From Sphingomonadales bacterium (GTDB taxonomy: Bacteria > Pseudomonadota > Alphaproteobacteria > Sphingomonadales > Sphingomonadaceae): a stretch of DNA of 64,000 nucleotides. The notes beneath the pieces were generated by a model. It was not told where the DNA came from. It saw only the letters and a program-made list of their open reading frames with translations, and made no database searches. Position 1 is the first letter of the stretch; every line of letters starts with the position of its first letter. Location: NCBI GenBank assembly GCA_031371575.1, contig JANMJX010000001.1:2693-66692 (forward strand). The letters run 5' to 3'. Shown piece after piece: positions 31,090-40,576 of this stretch. Both the position numbers and the translations under genes were made by a program.

Positions 31090-31422
31090 ATGGCAAAGGA
31101 GTGGCAAATTGGATGCAATCTTAGAGACGAGGAGGCACAATTGCTCAAACAATATGCCCTCAATTACGATCTTCGCCGTCCCAGTCTTTGCAACATCCTC
31201 GTTCGTCGCGCCATACGCTGTGCCGACTTTAGTTCTCTTAAGTCGAAATATGCTGGATCGGACTCAAAGAAAAACGGCACAAGGGTGACAGCACGAGTAT
31301 CTCTGGAAACCCGTCAAGCTTTCGAACATGCTGCTAAGAGCCATGGGGTAGGGATCGAAGATGCGGCGGCCTTCATTTTCAGGGAGGAGTTGGCTACAAA
31401 ATGGCTTGCATCAATCCTTTAA
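31090..31422 (+). CDS. Putative tandem ribbon-helix-helix DNA-binding protein
   Basis: Two strand-helix-helix units (WQIGCNLRDEEAQLL...; RVTARVSLETRQAFEHAA...). Confidence 0.5.
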   Translation: MAKEWQIGCNLRDEEAQLLKQYALNYDLRRPSLCNILVRRAIRCADFSSLKSKYAGSDSKKNGTRVTARVSLETRQAFEHAAKSHGVGIEDAAAFIFREELATKWLASIL

Positions 31423-31573
31423 TGCAAACTGGGGAATCGCCCTTGATTCCTACTGAAAGTAAGCATAATCTACTAATTATGGACAGAATGTGATAATTGA
31501 AACTGTTCACGTTATGTTCTAAAGCGCCGAATTCGCAAAATACACGTTTCCACATCTATCGGAGGAGAGGGTC

Positions 31574-32005
31574 ATGCCAATAATGTCCGTCGTTGACCGA
31601 AGCGACGCTCGAACTTCAGCGCGTGTCCTCGCCCGCACAGCCCTGCGATGCATAAATGGCGAAATTGAAGCGAAAAAGCATAAGGTCGAGCTTGCAAGCC
31701 TATTCCGCTTGCTTAACGCATTTCGATCGCATGAATTTCAAGGATATGCCTATGTGTCGCGTCTCCCACGCGGTCCAGAGGCGCTAACTCTTCAACCATC
31801 TGCTGATCGTCACGTCCTAGACCTGAGCGCGGCTCTAAAGGACGCGCTCGATAAGGAATACGGACAAACCGACTACAACAAAGCAATTGAAGAAATTGAT
31901 CTAGTTATCAGGGACGCTGCCCGATCCCAGCCTTCAAATCAAGCAAATCGCGAGAGGACGGTTCGCTTCTTAGACTCCTTTATTGAACACCTTGTGGTAC
32001 GCTGA
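31574..32005 (+). CDS. Hypothetical helical protein, first gene of the dcd operon
   Basis: Strong SD GGAGAGAGG; 3-nt gap to the next gene. Confidence 0.75.
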   Translation: MPIMSVVDRSDARTSARVLARTALRCINGEIEAKKHKVELASLFRLLNAFRSHEFQGYAYVSRLPRGPEALTLQPSADRHVLDLSAALKDALDKEYGQTDYNKAIEEIDLVIRDAARSQPSNQANRERTVRFLDSFIEHLVVR

Positions 32006-32008
32006 CGT

Positions 32009-33349
32009 TTGCAGCCTAGAGACTTCCTGGAAGAAGAATGCCGCAGCATCTCTGCGGTGCTCAACTCAACCCTGAGGCACGACTACGGGCCGGAGCGAAG
32101 CCAGACATATTTTGAAGAATGCAAAATACGGCTTCAGGTCGTAGAACGCGCACTTGAAGATGACGTGGTTATGGCTCGCGAGGATGTTGCTGCCAATATG
32201 CGGAGGTTGAGCTCTCTAGGAAGCCGCATTTCGCTTATAGAACGCGCACACCTAGGCGAGTTCTCTTGGCCTTTTGCAGGCATTATGGAAGACATCGCCG
32301 ACAAACTTTTCGTTGAGACATCTTTGGACGATGAGATGGAACCTATCGAACTTACACCTATCGTGCATGTCGTAGCAGAGGGTACAGACTACCAGATTGT
32401 CGATGACGAAGTGCCTCTACCTGGTAGAAGACGCATAATCATTGTTGCGTTTCCCCGCCAGCTTAAACACCACGTGTTGCTTCATGCAATCTTTGGTCAT
32501 GAGCTTGGGCACACCGCTATTAGCGCGGAACGTCCAGGATCGATTATGAAAAATCTCGTTTTACCCCGAGCCTGTCGCGGTCCCTTGCGGGGCAAGCACG
32601 CGGCCAAGGCTTGGATTGAGCGCACCGACGCGCCGGCAAGTGTAAAACTGGCTATGAGCAGGAATTCCGAATTATGCCTAGATGAGCAGTCCTTGATCAA
32701 TTGGCGCCAAGAGATAATTTGCGACCTCTTCGGGCTTCGACTTTTCGGCCCTTCTTTTGCTGCTGCGCATCGAACAATTATCGAAGCGCTATGTCCGCGC
32801 GAGGATTATATTGATCTGGAAAGTAATACGCACCCACCCTACCCGATTAGACAACGTATTGTTGCGATGGCTGTAAAACTTCTAGGTTGGGACACGCCGG
32901 TAACAACAGCTGCGCACGGCGCAGTGCACGATGCAGAGAAGAATCTGCTCGCCTACATCAGCGAGTCGGTTAACGATGACTGGTTCACCATTTTTCAACC
33001 GCCCGAACTCAAGAACCTTCTTGACGGCATTGAGGAAGTGCTCAGGCAATACAACTTCTTCTATACCAGCCCCTCGGCCGAGCTCCTCCAAGAGCTGGTT
33101 GAGCGTTTGGCTCATGAGCGCCCGCCGATTTCGCAGCAAGTTGACGATGATGGACAGCCAACTAACCGTGCGGTGATGGGCGCACATTGTCTCTATGCTG
33201 GCTGGACGTACTGGTTTTCTGGTGATGAGCTTGTAGAGAAAGCACAGAAAACGGATCCTGACGTCAAAAAGCTAACATTTCTCGAACTTAATCGCTTATG
33301 CGACCAGGCGTTACTTCAGCAAAAGGCAATCAGCTTGGTGAACGGATGA
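32009..33349 (+). CDS. Soluble M48-like (gluzincin) Zn metalloprotease-like protein
   Basis: GHELGH, EIICD and THPPYPIR in M48 order; no TM segments; ATGA overlap with dcd. Confidence 0.7.
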   Translation: MQPRDFLEEECRSISAVLNSTLRHDYGPERSQTYFEECKIRLQVVERALEDDVVMAREDVAANMRRLSSLGSRISLIERAHLGEFSWPFAGIMEDIADKLFVETSLDDEMEPIELTPIVHVVAEGTDYQIVDDEVPLPGRRRIIIVAFPRQLKHHVLLHAIFGHELGHTAISAERPGSIMKNLVLPRACRGPLRGKHAAKAWIERTDAPASVKLAMSRNSELCLDEQSLINWRQEIICDLFGLRLFGPSFAAAHRTIIEALCPREDYIDLESNTHPPYPIRQRIVAMAVKLLGWDTPVTTAAHGAVHDAEKNLLAYISESVNDDWFTIFQPPELKNLLDGIEEVLRQYNFFYTSPSAELLQELVERLAHERPPISQQVDDDGQPTNRAVMGAHCLYAGWTYWFSGDELVEKAQKTDPDVKKLTFLELNRLCDQALLQQKAISLVNG

Positions 33350-33969
33350 CGTCGTCTGGCACACTGGGGCGAAGTGAATTGATCAGGCGCATGCGGCTCC
33401 CAGGAGATTTGTCTGTCACTCCACTGTTATCTGAGGAGCAAATCGGGGCAGCCAGCATCGACCTGCGAATGGGCAACGTTGTCTTAATGGTACGGGCGAG
33501 AGGTTCATCACATGTTGATCCTGCGGCTGTAAAGCAAGCAACTCTTGCACCTGAGCACGTGCGAGAAACAGAGCTCCAACAAAAGCATGAACGTTATGAG
33601 CTGCCGTTTCGTTCTGCGTTCCTGTTGCACCCTGGGGCCCTTGCTCTCGTTCCCACGCTAGAATGGGTCACAATTCCAAGGGACCTGATCGGTGCGGTGA
33701 CAGCGCGATCAACATGGGCGCGCGAAGGACTTAGTATCGCCACAGCAACACTGATTGAACCATGTTATAAAGGCATTGTCACGCTGGAGCTCGCAAACCT
33801 TGGCGAAATTCCAATTAAGCTCTATCCCGGCCTTTTATTAGCCCAGATTACCTTTTCGACCGTTTCCGGAACGACGGTAAGACAGGACCGCGGCCAGTTT
33901 CGGTTGTCATTTGAGCCTCGTCAAGGAAATGTAGCAAAGCGGTCGGAATTCGCATTTCTCCCCGACTGA
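33346..33969 (+). CDS. dcd: dCTP deaminase (trimeric dUTPase fold)
   Basis: ASIDLRMG, ARSTWAREGL, IEPCYKGIVTLEL and IKLYPG..AQITF motifs. Confidence 0.88.
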   Translation: MTSSGTLGRSELIRRMRLPGDLSVTPLLSEEQIGAASIDLRMGNVVLMVRARGSSHVDPAAVKQATLAPEHVRETELQQKHERYELPFRSAFLLHPGALALVPTLEWVTIPRDLIGAVTARSTWAREGLSIATATLIEPCYKGIVTLELANLGEIPIKLYPGLLLAQITFSTVSGTTVRQDRGQFRLSFEPRQGNVAKRSEFAFLPD

Positions 33970-34089
33970 ACTCGATAAAATTTACGGTGTTGCTAGGGTA
34001 TTTCCAAGTCAGCTAGCTCTGACCGTCATTGTCAAATGCCTTTTAACGGCGACCGATTTTTTCCTACTGCTCCATCAAGGATTCTGCCC

Positions 34090-35169
34090 CTAAATATCTA
34101 TAACTACAGGGATATTCGGACTGTCGGGGTAAATGCACTCATAATTATGCATATCCTGCAAAACGGCGTTACTCCATGGAAGTGTCCGGTCACTGGCATA
34201 ATTGAAATAGAATGTTTTGCTCCCTGTCCTGCCAAATTTTAGAATCCGGCTGATAGCTTCCGGATCTGGATGACCAAATTGTGCCCCGCTAGTGGACACA
34301 GCAAACCGCGAGCAATCCATTGTCTCGATAAGATCTTTAGTAACGTTGGCTCTGCTGGCATGGTGGGGTAGCTTGACCAGATTGATTACGGACGTGCCTC
34401 TGAGTTGCGACAACGCGGTGAGGGTCTGTAATAAGACATCCGGATGAGCATCTGCAGCTAACAGAACGCTGCGCCCATCGTATTCAGCAACGAAGGCGAT
34501 ACTTGAACCGTTTGGCGCCGTTGTGTCGACCTTGCTGGCCGCGCTCAATACCTCAATGTCTAAGACGTCGGGCATCGGCCGTTTGCCGAACGCAACCAAA
34601 TCAGGTCCCGTTTCAGCGTCCTCATTTACCGTAGCCTTTGGTTTCCGCCATTTGTCCCACTCTGCAATTAATCGATCAAGTTTGGCCTTGTTGGGCGAGA
34701 CCAGCCAAAGCTTCAATTCGCCAATCTCGAATTTCGAGGGTTCATTATCAACTAAAATAGCCTTGCCACCGAAGCGGTCGTTAGTTGCCCAACGCTTTTT
34801 TGCTAACGCTTTTGTGTAGTCGTCTGCCGCTGGAAATCCAAAAGCATCTAAATCGTTCGTTGCGTTGAGCCCTTTCAACTGATCGTATCCGTTATACCAG
34901 ACCTCTTTAGGTTCAAGCACAGTGTCTGGATCTTTAACAAACTCCACCAGACCATCAATATGGTCAGCGTCTATATGGCTTAGTACGAGAAGTTCGATAC
35001 CTTCACCGCGCGCCGCGATACTTCCGAGTGCTTTCTTAAGGTGAGGCCATGCGGCCTTACGTCCGCCGTCGATGACAACGTGCTGCAACTTGTCTTCGCT
35101 TTTTCCGAAGCTTAAAATCAAGCTGTCGCCTTCGTTGGCGGGCAACATCGTCAATCGAAAAACGGACAT
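34090..35169 (-). CDS. MBL-fold metallo-hydrolase (ComEC/Avs1a-like, putative nuclease)
   Basis: EGDSLI, IDGG, SHIDADHIDG, NGSSI, LAADA, KLPHHAS and GHP motifs. Confidence 0.85.
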   Translation of the reverse strand: MSVFRLTMLPANEGDSLILSFGKSEDKLQHVVIDGGRKAAWPHLKKALGSIAARGEGIELLVLSHIDADHIDGLVEFVKDPDTVLEPKEVWYNGYDQLKGLNATNDLDAFGFPAADDYTKALAKKRWATNDRFGGKAILVDNEPSKFEIGELKLWLVSPNKAKLDRLIAEWDKWRKPKATVNEDAETGPDLVAFGKRPMPDVLDIEVLSAASKVDTTAPNGSSIAFVAEYDGRSVLLAADAHPDVLLQTLTALSQLRGTSVINLVKLPHHASRANVTKDLIETMDCSRFAVSTSGAQFGHPDPEAISRILKFGRTGSKTFYFNYASDRTLPWSNAVLQDMHNYECIYPDSPNIPVVIDI

Positions 35170-35172
35170 AAC

Positions 35173-36513
35173 TTATTCCTTTGCAGCTGGTGCGAAGCGC
35201 AACACCGTGAAAGCTTGCGTCACATCCACGCGGCCAACGAGCAGTTCGACTTTGTCAGCGAGCGGCTTTAAGTCAGGATGATCGTAAGAAAGCTGAAGCA
35301 GCATTTCTCTGAGCAGCACTACACCCGCGCTAAAATAGGGGATTCCTGCATTGACTGCCTGGCGCAGCGCTTGGGCAGCCCGGTTATTGTCGTCAGCGGT
35401 TCTTGGCCGCAAAACCAACCGCCGAGCGTTAATGATGGCGGCATCTGGAATGGATGGAAAACGTTCCATGCAATTTTTTAGCCAGGTATCGTATCGCTGA
35501 CGGCGGTCGGCCGGAAGTGCGGCCAAGCCAACATAACCTGCGGCACAGGCGGCCAGTGGATTACCCATCTTGCCATAAATCGTGTCTTCTATGAGCCTAT
35601 GCATCTCGATCGTTTCGAGGATCGGTCCAGCCGCAGCCGCTTGACCCCGATCGAGAAAAGACAACAACCCGGAAAGTGCGACATCATTGATCGCAACGGT
35701 CATAGATGCGCCAATACTTCGGGCAGGATCAAACAGGATGTCGGCCGTTGTGAAATTTGGCGGGTTGGAACAAAACCAAGGAAGCGGGAGACTTGCTATT
35801 TCTGCACTGCCATCTGGCCGTTTAATGCGAGCCCATTGCCGAACATAGGATACAGGGTTTGATATTTCGCCGGGTTGTATGCGCCACAGTTGCCGTCCGT
35901 CCATCGTATCTTTTGGTTCAAGAAAAACCCAATCGTTGTCGTCGGGCATGGTCGACCAAGTATCCGGCAACCCTCCGTACTTTATAGCCAGCGAAACTTC
36001 AGGACGCAATTGAGTAGGCACTAACTTATGTGCTGCACGGGCCCTACTCAGGGTACCCGTTCGGAATAAACCCCCTCTATACCCACTCAAATTCGCACCT
36101 TGACCGGGGCTTTGCCTTGGAGGCGCTTCGCCTTGTAAACTTTCTTCAGGCATACCGTGAGCTTTAACCCGTGAAAGTACATCCCCGTCGGCGCCACCCA
36201 CTGCCTCTTGCAAGCTGACTTCTGTCGCCGAACCAAAATCATCGAGAAACTGAAAATCTTCGTGCGTGTCTTCGCTTATTCTAACATTACGCTGAAGCAA
36301 ACGACCGGAAGGCAGGGTAAGTTCAACATTGTACAGACCCTCGGACAGCTTCTGCTCCACCCGTGCACCCGCCGCAACAATCAGTTCATGACTCACAGGT
36401 TCATCTAACCCTTGCGCAAAACCAAATATTCGGGCGATGACAGGCCGACTTTCGGCGGGGTTTCCGCCTGTACCAACCAAGCTTATGGTAATTCCTGACG
36501 GGCGGATCATCAT
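35173..36513 (-). CDS. Hypothetical protein (beta-sandwich N-terminus, helical C-terminus), coupled to the caspase gene
   Basis: 446-aa ORF; ATGA overlap with the caspase stop; 3-nt gap to the MBL gene. Confidence 0.8.
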   Translation of the reverse strand: MMIRPSGITISLVGTGGNPAESRPVIARIFGFAQGLDEPVSHELIVAAGARVEQKLSEGLYNVELTLPSGRLLQRNVRISEDTHEDFQFLDDFGSATEVSLQEAVGGADGDVLSRVKAHGMPEESLQGEAPPRQSPGQGANLSGYRGGLFRTGTLSRARAAHKLVPTQLRPEVSLAIKYGGLPDTWSTMPDDNDWVFLEPKDTMDGRQLWRIQPGEISNPVSYVRQWARIKRPDGSAEIASLPLPWFCSNPPNFTTADILFDPARSIGASMTVAINDVALSGLLSFLDRGQAAAAGPILETIEMHRLIEDTIYGKMGNPLAACAAGYVGLAALPADRRQRYDTWLKNCMERFPSIPDAAIINARRLVLRPRTADDNNRAAQALRQAVNAGIPYFSAGVVLLREMLLQLSYDHPDLKPLADKVELLVGRVDVTQAFTVLRFAPAAKE

Positions 36514-37736
36514 CGACGCTTACTCACGGGAAGATGACAGTCAACCTCGGGGGGGTAAGCAATGATTTCTTCCACGCAATTGTCATAAATAGAATCAGGC
36601 GAGAATTCTGCGTGAATTTTATAGAGAAAGTCGGCTCCCTTGGGTGGTGCATCTGTGAAGCGGTTGACAATTGGCGACATCTCTACCGACTGGGTGCTTG
36701 TTGGCGATGGAGCATGATCCAGTTGGCTTGCAACGGTGTTACCCCGTTTTGCGAATATCTTCAGCTCCTCCTGCCAGATTGCGGACTCAGATGAACTAAC
36801 GTATAAATCTACTGCAATATTGCGGGGCTTGGTTATTCTAAAGTCCTGAGTTTGAGCTGCAGGTATTTGCACAACTTTTTCTTTTGCGCTGATGCGCTGT
36901 AAATAAGTACTCAGAACAGTATGAAGTCGGCTAGTCGTTACCCACCAGCCAGCCGTATGCTCAGCTGCGCCGCCGCTCAACGCTTTAATAATGGCTTCGG
37001 TAAATAGACTTGCGCCATTTTTTCGGCCCCAGGCTTTGGTATAAAGTGACGTCGCGAAATGAACGCTTTGATAGGCGGGTGCATTATTGCGCGCTGTTAG
37101 ACTTTGAACGTCCAACATTGCTGTTCCAGGCGCGCCCTGACCTAGCAATGCAGACTCTAGATCCGGCGTTCTGCAGGCATCAACGAACATTAACTGTTGG
37201 TCCGGTTGCATTGTTGATAACGCAATCCGAAAAGCTTCAAAATTAATGGCTCCCCTGAAGGGCTGCTGCGTACTCTTACCGTAGTCGCGGCATAACAAAA
37301 CAGGGTGACCGGACTGCAGCCCATGACCACAAAACCCAAAAACAATCCCGTTATCGCGGCGTCTGGAGGCTCTCTCGATCCAAGCATCGACGGCCTCGAT
37401 AATTTCTCCAATCGTACCGCTTGTTTGCGGTGCTTGTCGGGCACCGCTCTTTTCGTGCGTATATGGCCGACTTTCAGTCGTCTCCGATAGAACTAGTGAT
37501 AAACTGGCAAGCTGCTGATCAGGATTATTGTAATCTTCAAAATACCAATCCGCAAGATTCCGCATTGAAACAGGCGGTGACGGCAATTGAGCCATTCCTT
37601 TTGCGTTATCCTCATCCCTTTCTGCATCGTAATTACTTCCGCCTTCAAGCCAAGGGTAATCCCCTATTCCGATCAAGAGTACGTGCGTGCCGGGCCTATC
37701 AGCGGTATCGTTGAATAAAAGTGATGAATCAGGCAT
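36510..37736 (-). CDS. Caspase-like (peptidase C14) protease
   Basis: HVLLIGIGDY, FCGHG (His), FVDACR (Cys) and SLFTEAIIKAL; ATG 37736 lies 1 nt after the patatin stop. Confidence 0.85.
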   Translation of the reverse strand: MPDSSLLFNDTADRPGTHVLLIGIGDYPWLEGGSNYDAERDEDNAKGMAQLPSPPVSMRNLADWYFEDYNNPDQQLASLSLVLSETTESRPYTHEKSGARQAPQTSGTIGEIIEAVDAWIERASRRRDNGIVFGFCGHGLQSGHPVLLCRDYGKSTQQPFRGAINFEAFRIALSTMQPDQQLMFVDACRTPDLESALLGQGAPGTAMLDVQSLTARNNAPAYQSVHFATSLYTKAWGRKNGASLFTEAIIKALSGGAAEHTAGWWVTTSRLHTVLSTYLQRISAKEKVVQIPAAQTQDFRITKPRNIAVDLYVSSSESAIWQEELKIFAKRGNTVASQLDHAPSPTSTQSVEMSPIVNRFTDAPPKGADFLYKIHAEFSPDSIYDNCVEEIIAYPPEVDCHLPVSKRR

Positions 37737-37737
37737 T

Positions 37738-38868
37738 TTAGCCGATTCCGGCTGACGGATATGGAAAGCTGTCTGGTGCCGGCACGTTGGCCCAATAGCG
37801 ACGAATGCCGGCATCGGTGACTGCATACCCCCAGTTGATTAGCCGCTCTTGTAACATTTCGGGCAGACGACGTAATCGTGTCGGCGTTGCGGCCAAAACT
37901 TGGGTTTTGACATTGTCGCAAGGAAGAGCGTCGGGTAACTGGTAGTCTGAAATATTGGAGCGAATGCTCCAAAATGCGCCATCTCGTTCCTTGCGTTCCA
38001 ACGAGCCTACAACTTGAATCATTCGCAAATTCCGAACCTGCTGATCGATAATCTCCATTACCCTGAGGCTCTGGCGTGCCCAGTCGCCCGGCGGCGATGG
38101 ATCGTCAGTAATATGTCCCCCAGCGTCTGACACAAGTACTGCACGGCATTTTCCCCATACCTGTTGCAGGCCGAGATTGTCGTACACGCCTCCGTCCGAA
38201 AGACTAATTTCCGTTCGAAAGTCGTTATTATCCAACTCGCCAGGTGATGTTCGTTCAAAATCATCCGGCGCCACATCGAGAACGAACGGCGACAAGATTG
38301 GGGGAAAAGCTGAGGAAGCGGTCACTGCGTCGGCCAATGAAATTTTAGGATCGATAATGCGCCCCAAACGCCAGTCTCGGATCTCCCTCCGCGAAAATCG
38401 AAATAGCGATCCAGTTTCGAGGTTAGTAGCATTTATTATAAACCTTGGGTGCTCGGGAAATGCCTGCAAAGTTTTCGTGCCAAAAAGATGTTTAGCATAA
38501 GCTCCGGAAACATATGCGCCCACCGTGCCCGGTAACAAAAGTCCACTAATAACAGATTTCTCATCAATGGTGACGCGCGCCATGGCTCGCAACGGCTTGA
38601 CTACTTCTTCCTCAAACGCGGCCTGACCTTCAATCTTTATGCGCTCCCATGCAAGCGCGAGCACCGCAGCGGTGATCGATCCGCCTGATACGCTAGATAT
38701 GCGAGTAAGATCGAAAAGTTTCCCGGCATCCAGCAATCGCCATAGGGAGCCGATATGAAAGAGCATTGCCCGGTACCCGCCGCCAGATAGCGCAAGGCCC
38801 ACGCCTTCGGAGGGCGAGGATCCACCGAAGATTGGGTCTACAACGTTTGCAGTTGGCATATCACCCAT
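37738..38868 (-). CDS. Patatin-like phospholipase
   Basis: LALSGGGYRA oxyanion loop, SVSGGS nucleophile, ASSAFP and DGGVYDN. Confidence 0.9.
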   Translation of the reverse strand: MGDMPTANVVDPIFGGSSPSEGVGLALSGGGYRAMLFHIGSLWRLLDAGKLFDLTRISSVSGGSITAAVLALAWERIKIEGQAAFEEEVVKPLRAMARVTIDEKSVISGLLLPGTVGAYVSGAYAKHLFGTKTLQAFPEHPRFIINATNLETGSLFRFSRREIRDWRLGRIIDPKISLADAVTASSAFPPILSPFVLDVAPDDFERTSPGELDNNDFRTEISLSDGGVYDNLGLQQVWGKCRAVLVSDAGGHITDDPSPPGDWARQSLRVMEIIDQQVRNLRMIQVVGSLERKERDGAFWSIRSNISDYQLPDALPCDNVKTQVLAATPTRLRRLPEMLQERLINWGYAVTDAGIRRYWANVPAPDSFPYPSAGIG

Positions 38869-39117
38869 GGGAATGCGCTTTTCGTATCGTCAATTTATTC
38901 TCCCATTCCATTTGGAAATGATTGTCCGAACTCTTCTTAATTTCAAGGATTTTATAGCGTTGTAATAAACAAGCGAGTTTGTACCTCGCCGAAACGAAAA
39001 TGCTGACATCTTACATGTTGGATCTGGAGATTTTATACTAATGAACCAAACGAGAATCTAAATTGGGAAATAATCGAGCCTAACGTTAATCCAAGACCCT
39101 TATCCACATATGACAGC

Positions 39118-40167
39118 TTATTCATGAGCGGCCTTCACAAGCACTAACGTGCCGATGTCTACATCATCGCGTGACAGGCATTGAGGCAATTCACTTGCAT
39201 CATCATCTATCATTGCGGCCTCGATTTTTACTTTGGCCTGTTTTAACGCGCTGCCGACCGACTGGCTGCTGGCAAGTGCTGCGTAGAACTGCTGCGCGAA
39301 AAGGATAGCTGCTATATCCAACACTGCGTCCGACATGGCAATTACGACAGGGACGGCGGGCAGGATGACTTCTGCTCCGTCTAGCGTCTCGCACGCATTT
39401 AGGACAAGCAGGATTGGTGGATTATCTGTCGATTCCAAGGCCTTCACTAGGAGGGAAAACGAGACAACGTGGTCGGATCCACCCCCAAGTCCGCCGCCCT
39501 CCATTAAGAGTGTTTCGCCACCACCGTGGCCAGAAAAATGAATTATGTGCGGCTGGATGTCGTTCAACCCGTCAAGTAGATCCTGAAAAGTTGCAGCCGG
39601 ACGCTGCTCGACCGTTACGAGGTCACGAAACTTTGCACTTCTCAAAGCCTGTTGCACTTGGCGTACCTCAGCATCAGTCCGTAAGTCCATGTCGGGATTA
39701 GCTGTCAAATACAGTACCCGCAATTTCTCGGGCTCTGGGGGTTTGATGTGCACGTAGTGAACTTGCGGAGAGGATAGCCGTGCAATTTCCTTAGCGTGAT
39801 CCTTGTCCTTTTGCCTGCGCTTATTTAGCTCGCGGTCCGCCGCCTGCCGTTCCGTTTTCTGCGCGGATTGCAGCGAACGAATTTTGTTGCCTTGATCTCG
39901 CGCGTTATCGGCCAGCCGCTTTTTAACGTCAGCAACCTTTTTCCCAGCGTCTAAAGCTTTCTTGCTCTCACGACCCGATGATGCTTGCGCACTTCGGATT
40001 GAGATAATTGAGCTGTGTGGCCTAATTTGCGCTTCATAGCGGCGCGCGGTCTCAATTGCTTTATGAACGTCGGCTTCGTGTCGCTGCAACTGCTTTTGGA
40101 GATCCGCCTCCTTGTCCTTCAGCCTTTCCAAATCGCGGCGGTAATTGTCTGACATCGGCATAGGCAT
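39118..40167 (-). CDS. Coiled-coil + CHAT (caspase/HetF) protease
   Basis: [25 protein letters not shown] and FAQQFY; charged coiled-coil N-terminus of about 130 aa. Confidence 0.88.
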   Translation of the reverse strand: MPMPMSDNYRRDLERLKDKEADLQKQLQRHEADVHKAIETARRYEAQIRPHSSIISIRSAQASSGRESKKALDAGKKVADVKKRLADNARDQGNKIRSLQSAQKTERQAADRELNKRRQKDKDHAKEIARLSSPQVHYVHIKPPEPEKLRVLYLTANPDMDLRTDAEVRQVQQALRSAKFRDLVTVEQRPAATFQDLLDGLNDIQPHIIHFSGHGGGETLLMEGGGLGGGSDHVVSFSLLVKALESTDNPPILLVLNACETLDGAEVILPAVPVVIAMSDAVLDIAAILFAQQFYAALASSQSVGSALKQAKVKIEAAMIDDDASELPQCLSRDDVDIGTLVLVKAAHE

Positions 40168-40576
40168 TCCTTGTTCGCTGGTGGTTCTAAAGTATGTGGG
40201 ACGAAGTTGGAAAAGTCACGGGCATCAGTATATTGCGATCGCATCGCTTGTGCCGACCCGTGATTTGCGAAATAGAATTGTGCGGTCTGACGCAATTATG
40301 TGATCTGCGTAGGGAATAGCTGTTCATTTACGTGTGATAGTGCTGGCACGCTAGTTTGCGAAATTCGGGGGCACAAACACATACGTTAAGGGCCAATTTC
40401 ATCTCGGTCTTTACAAAGCGGTGGCGGAGTTTGAGCAGGGCACGTAGAAAGCTAATCGGACATCAGTTGCCTTGATTCTGTATAAAATGAGCATCGAAAG
40501 CATAATTAAACGACAGGTATTTTCGTGAAGCCGGCAAATAACTCATTAGCTTTCGTTAAAGGCTAACTCTTCAAAT

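Noticed and set aside
33346-33969. Known AvcD-type anti-phage dCTP deaminase
   Set aside because: No HAE/PCxxC Zn motifs or kinase domain; motifs are those of the dUTPase fold.
35173-36513. Bacterial gasdermin beside the caspase
   Set aside because: Too long, no N-terminal Cys, and no recognisable gasdermin pattern.
37738-38868. CBASS (CapV) call
   Set aside because: No CD-NTase or Cap2/Cap3-like gene in the window.
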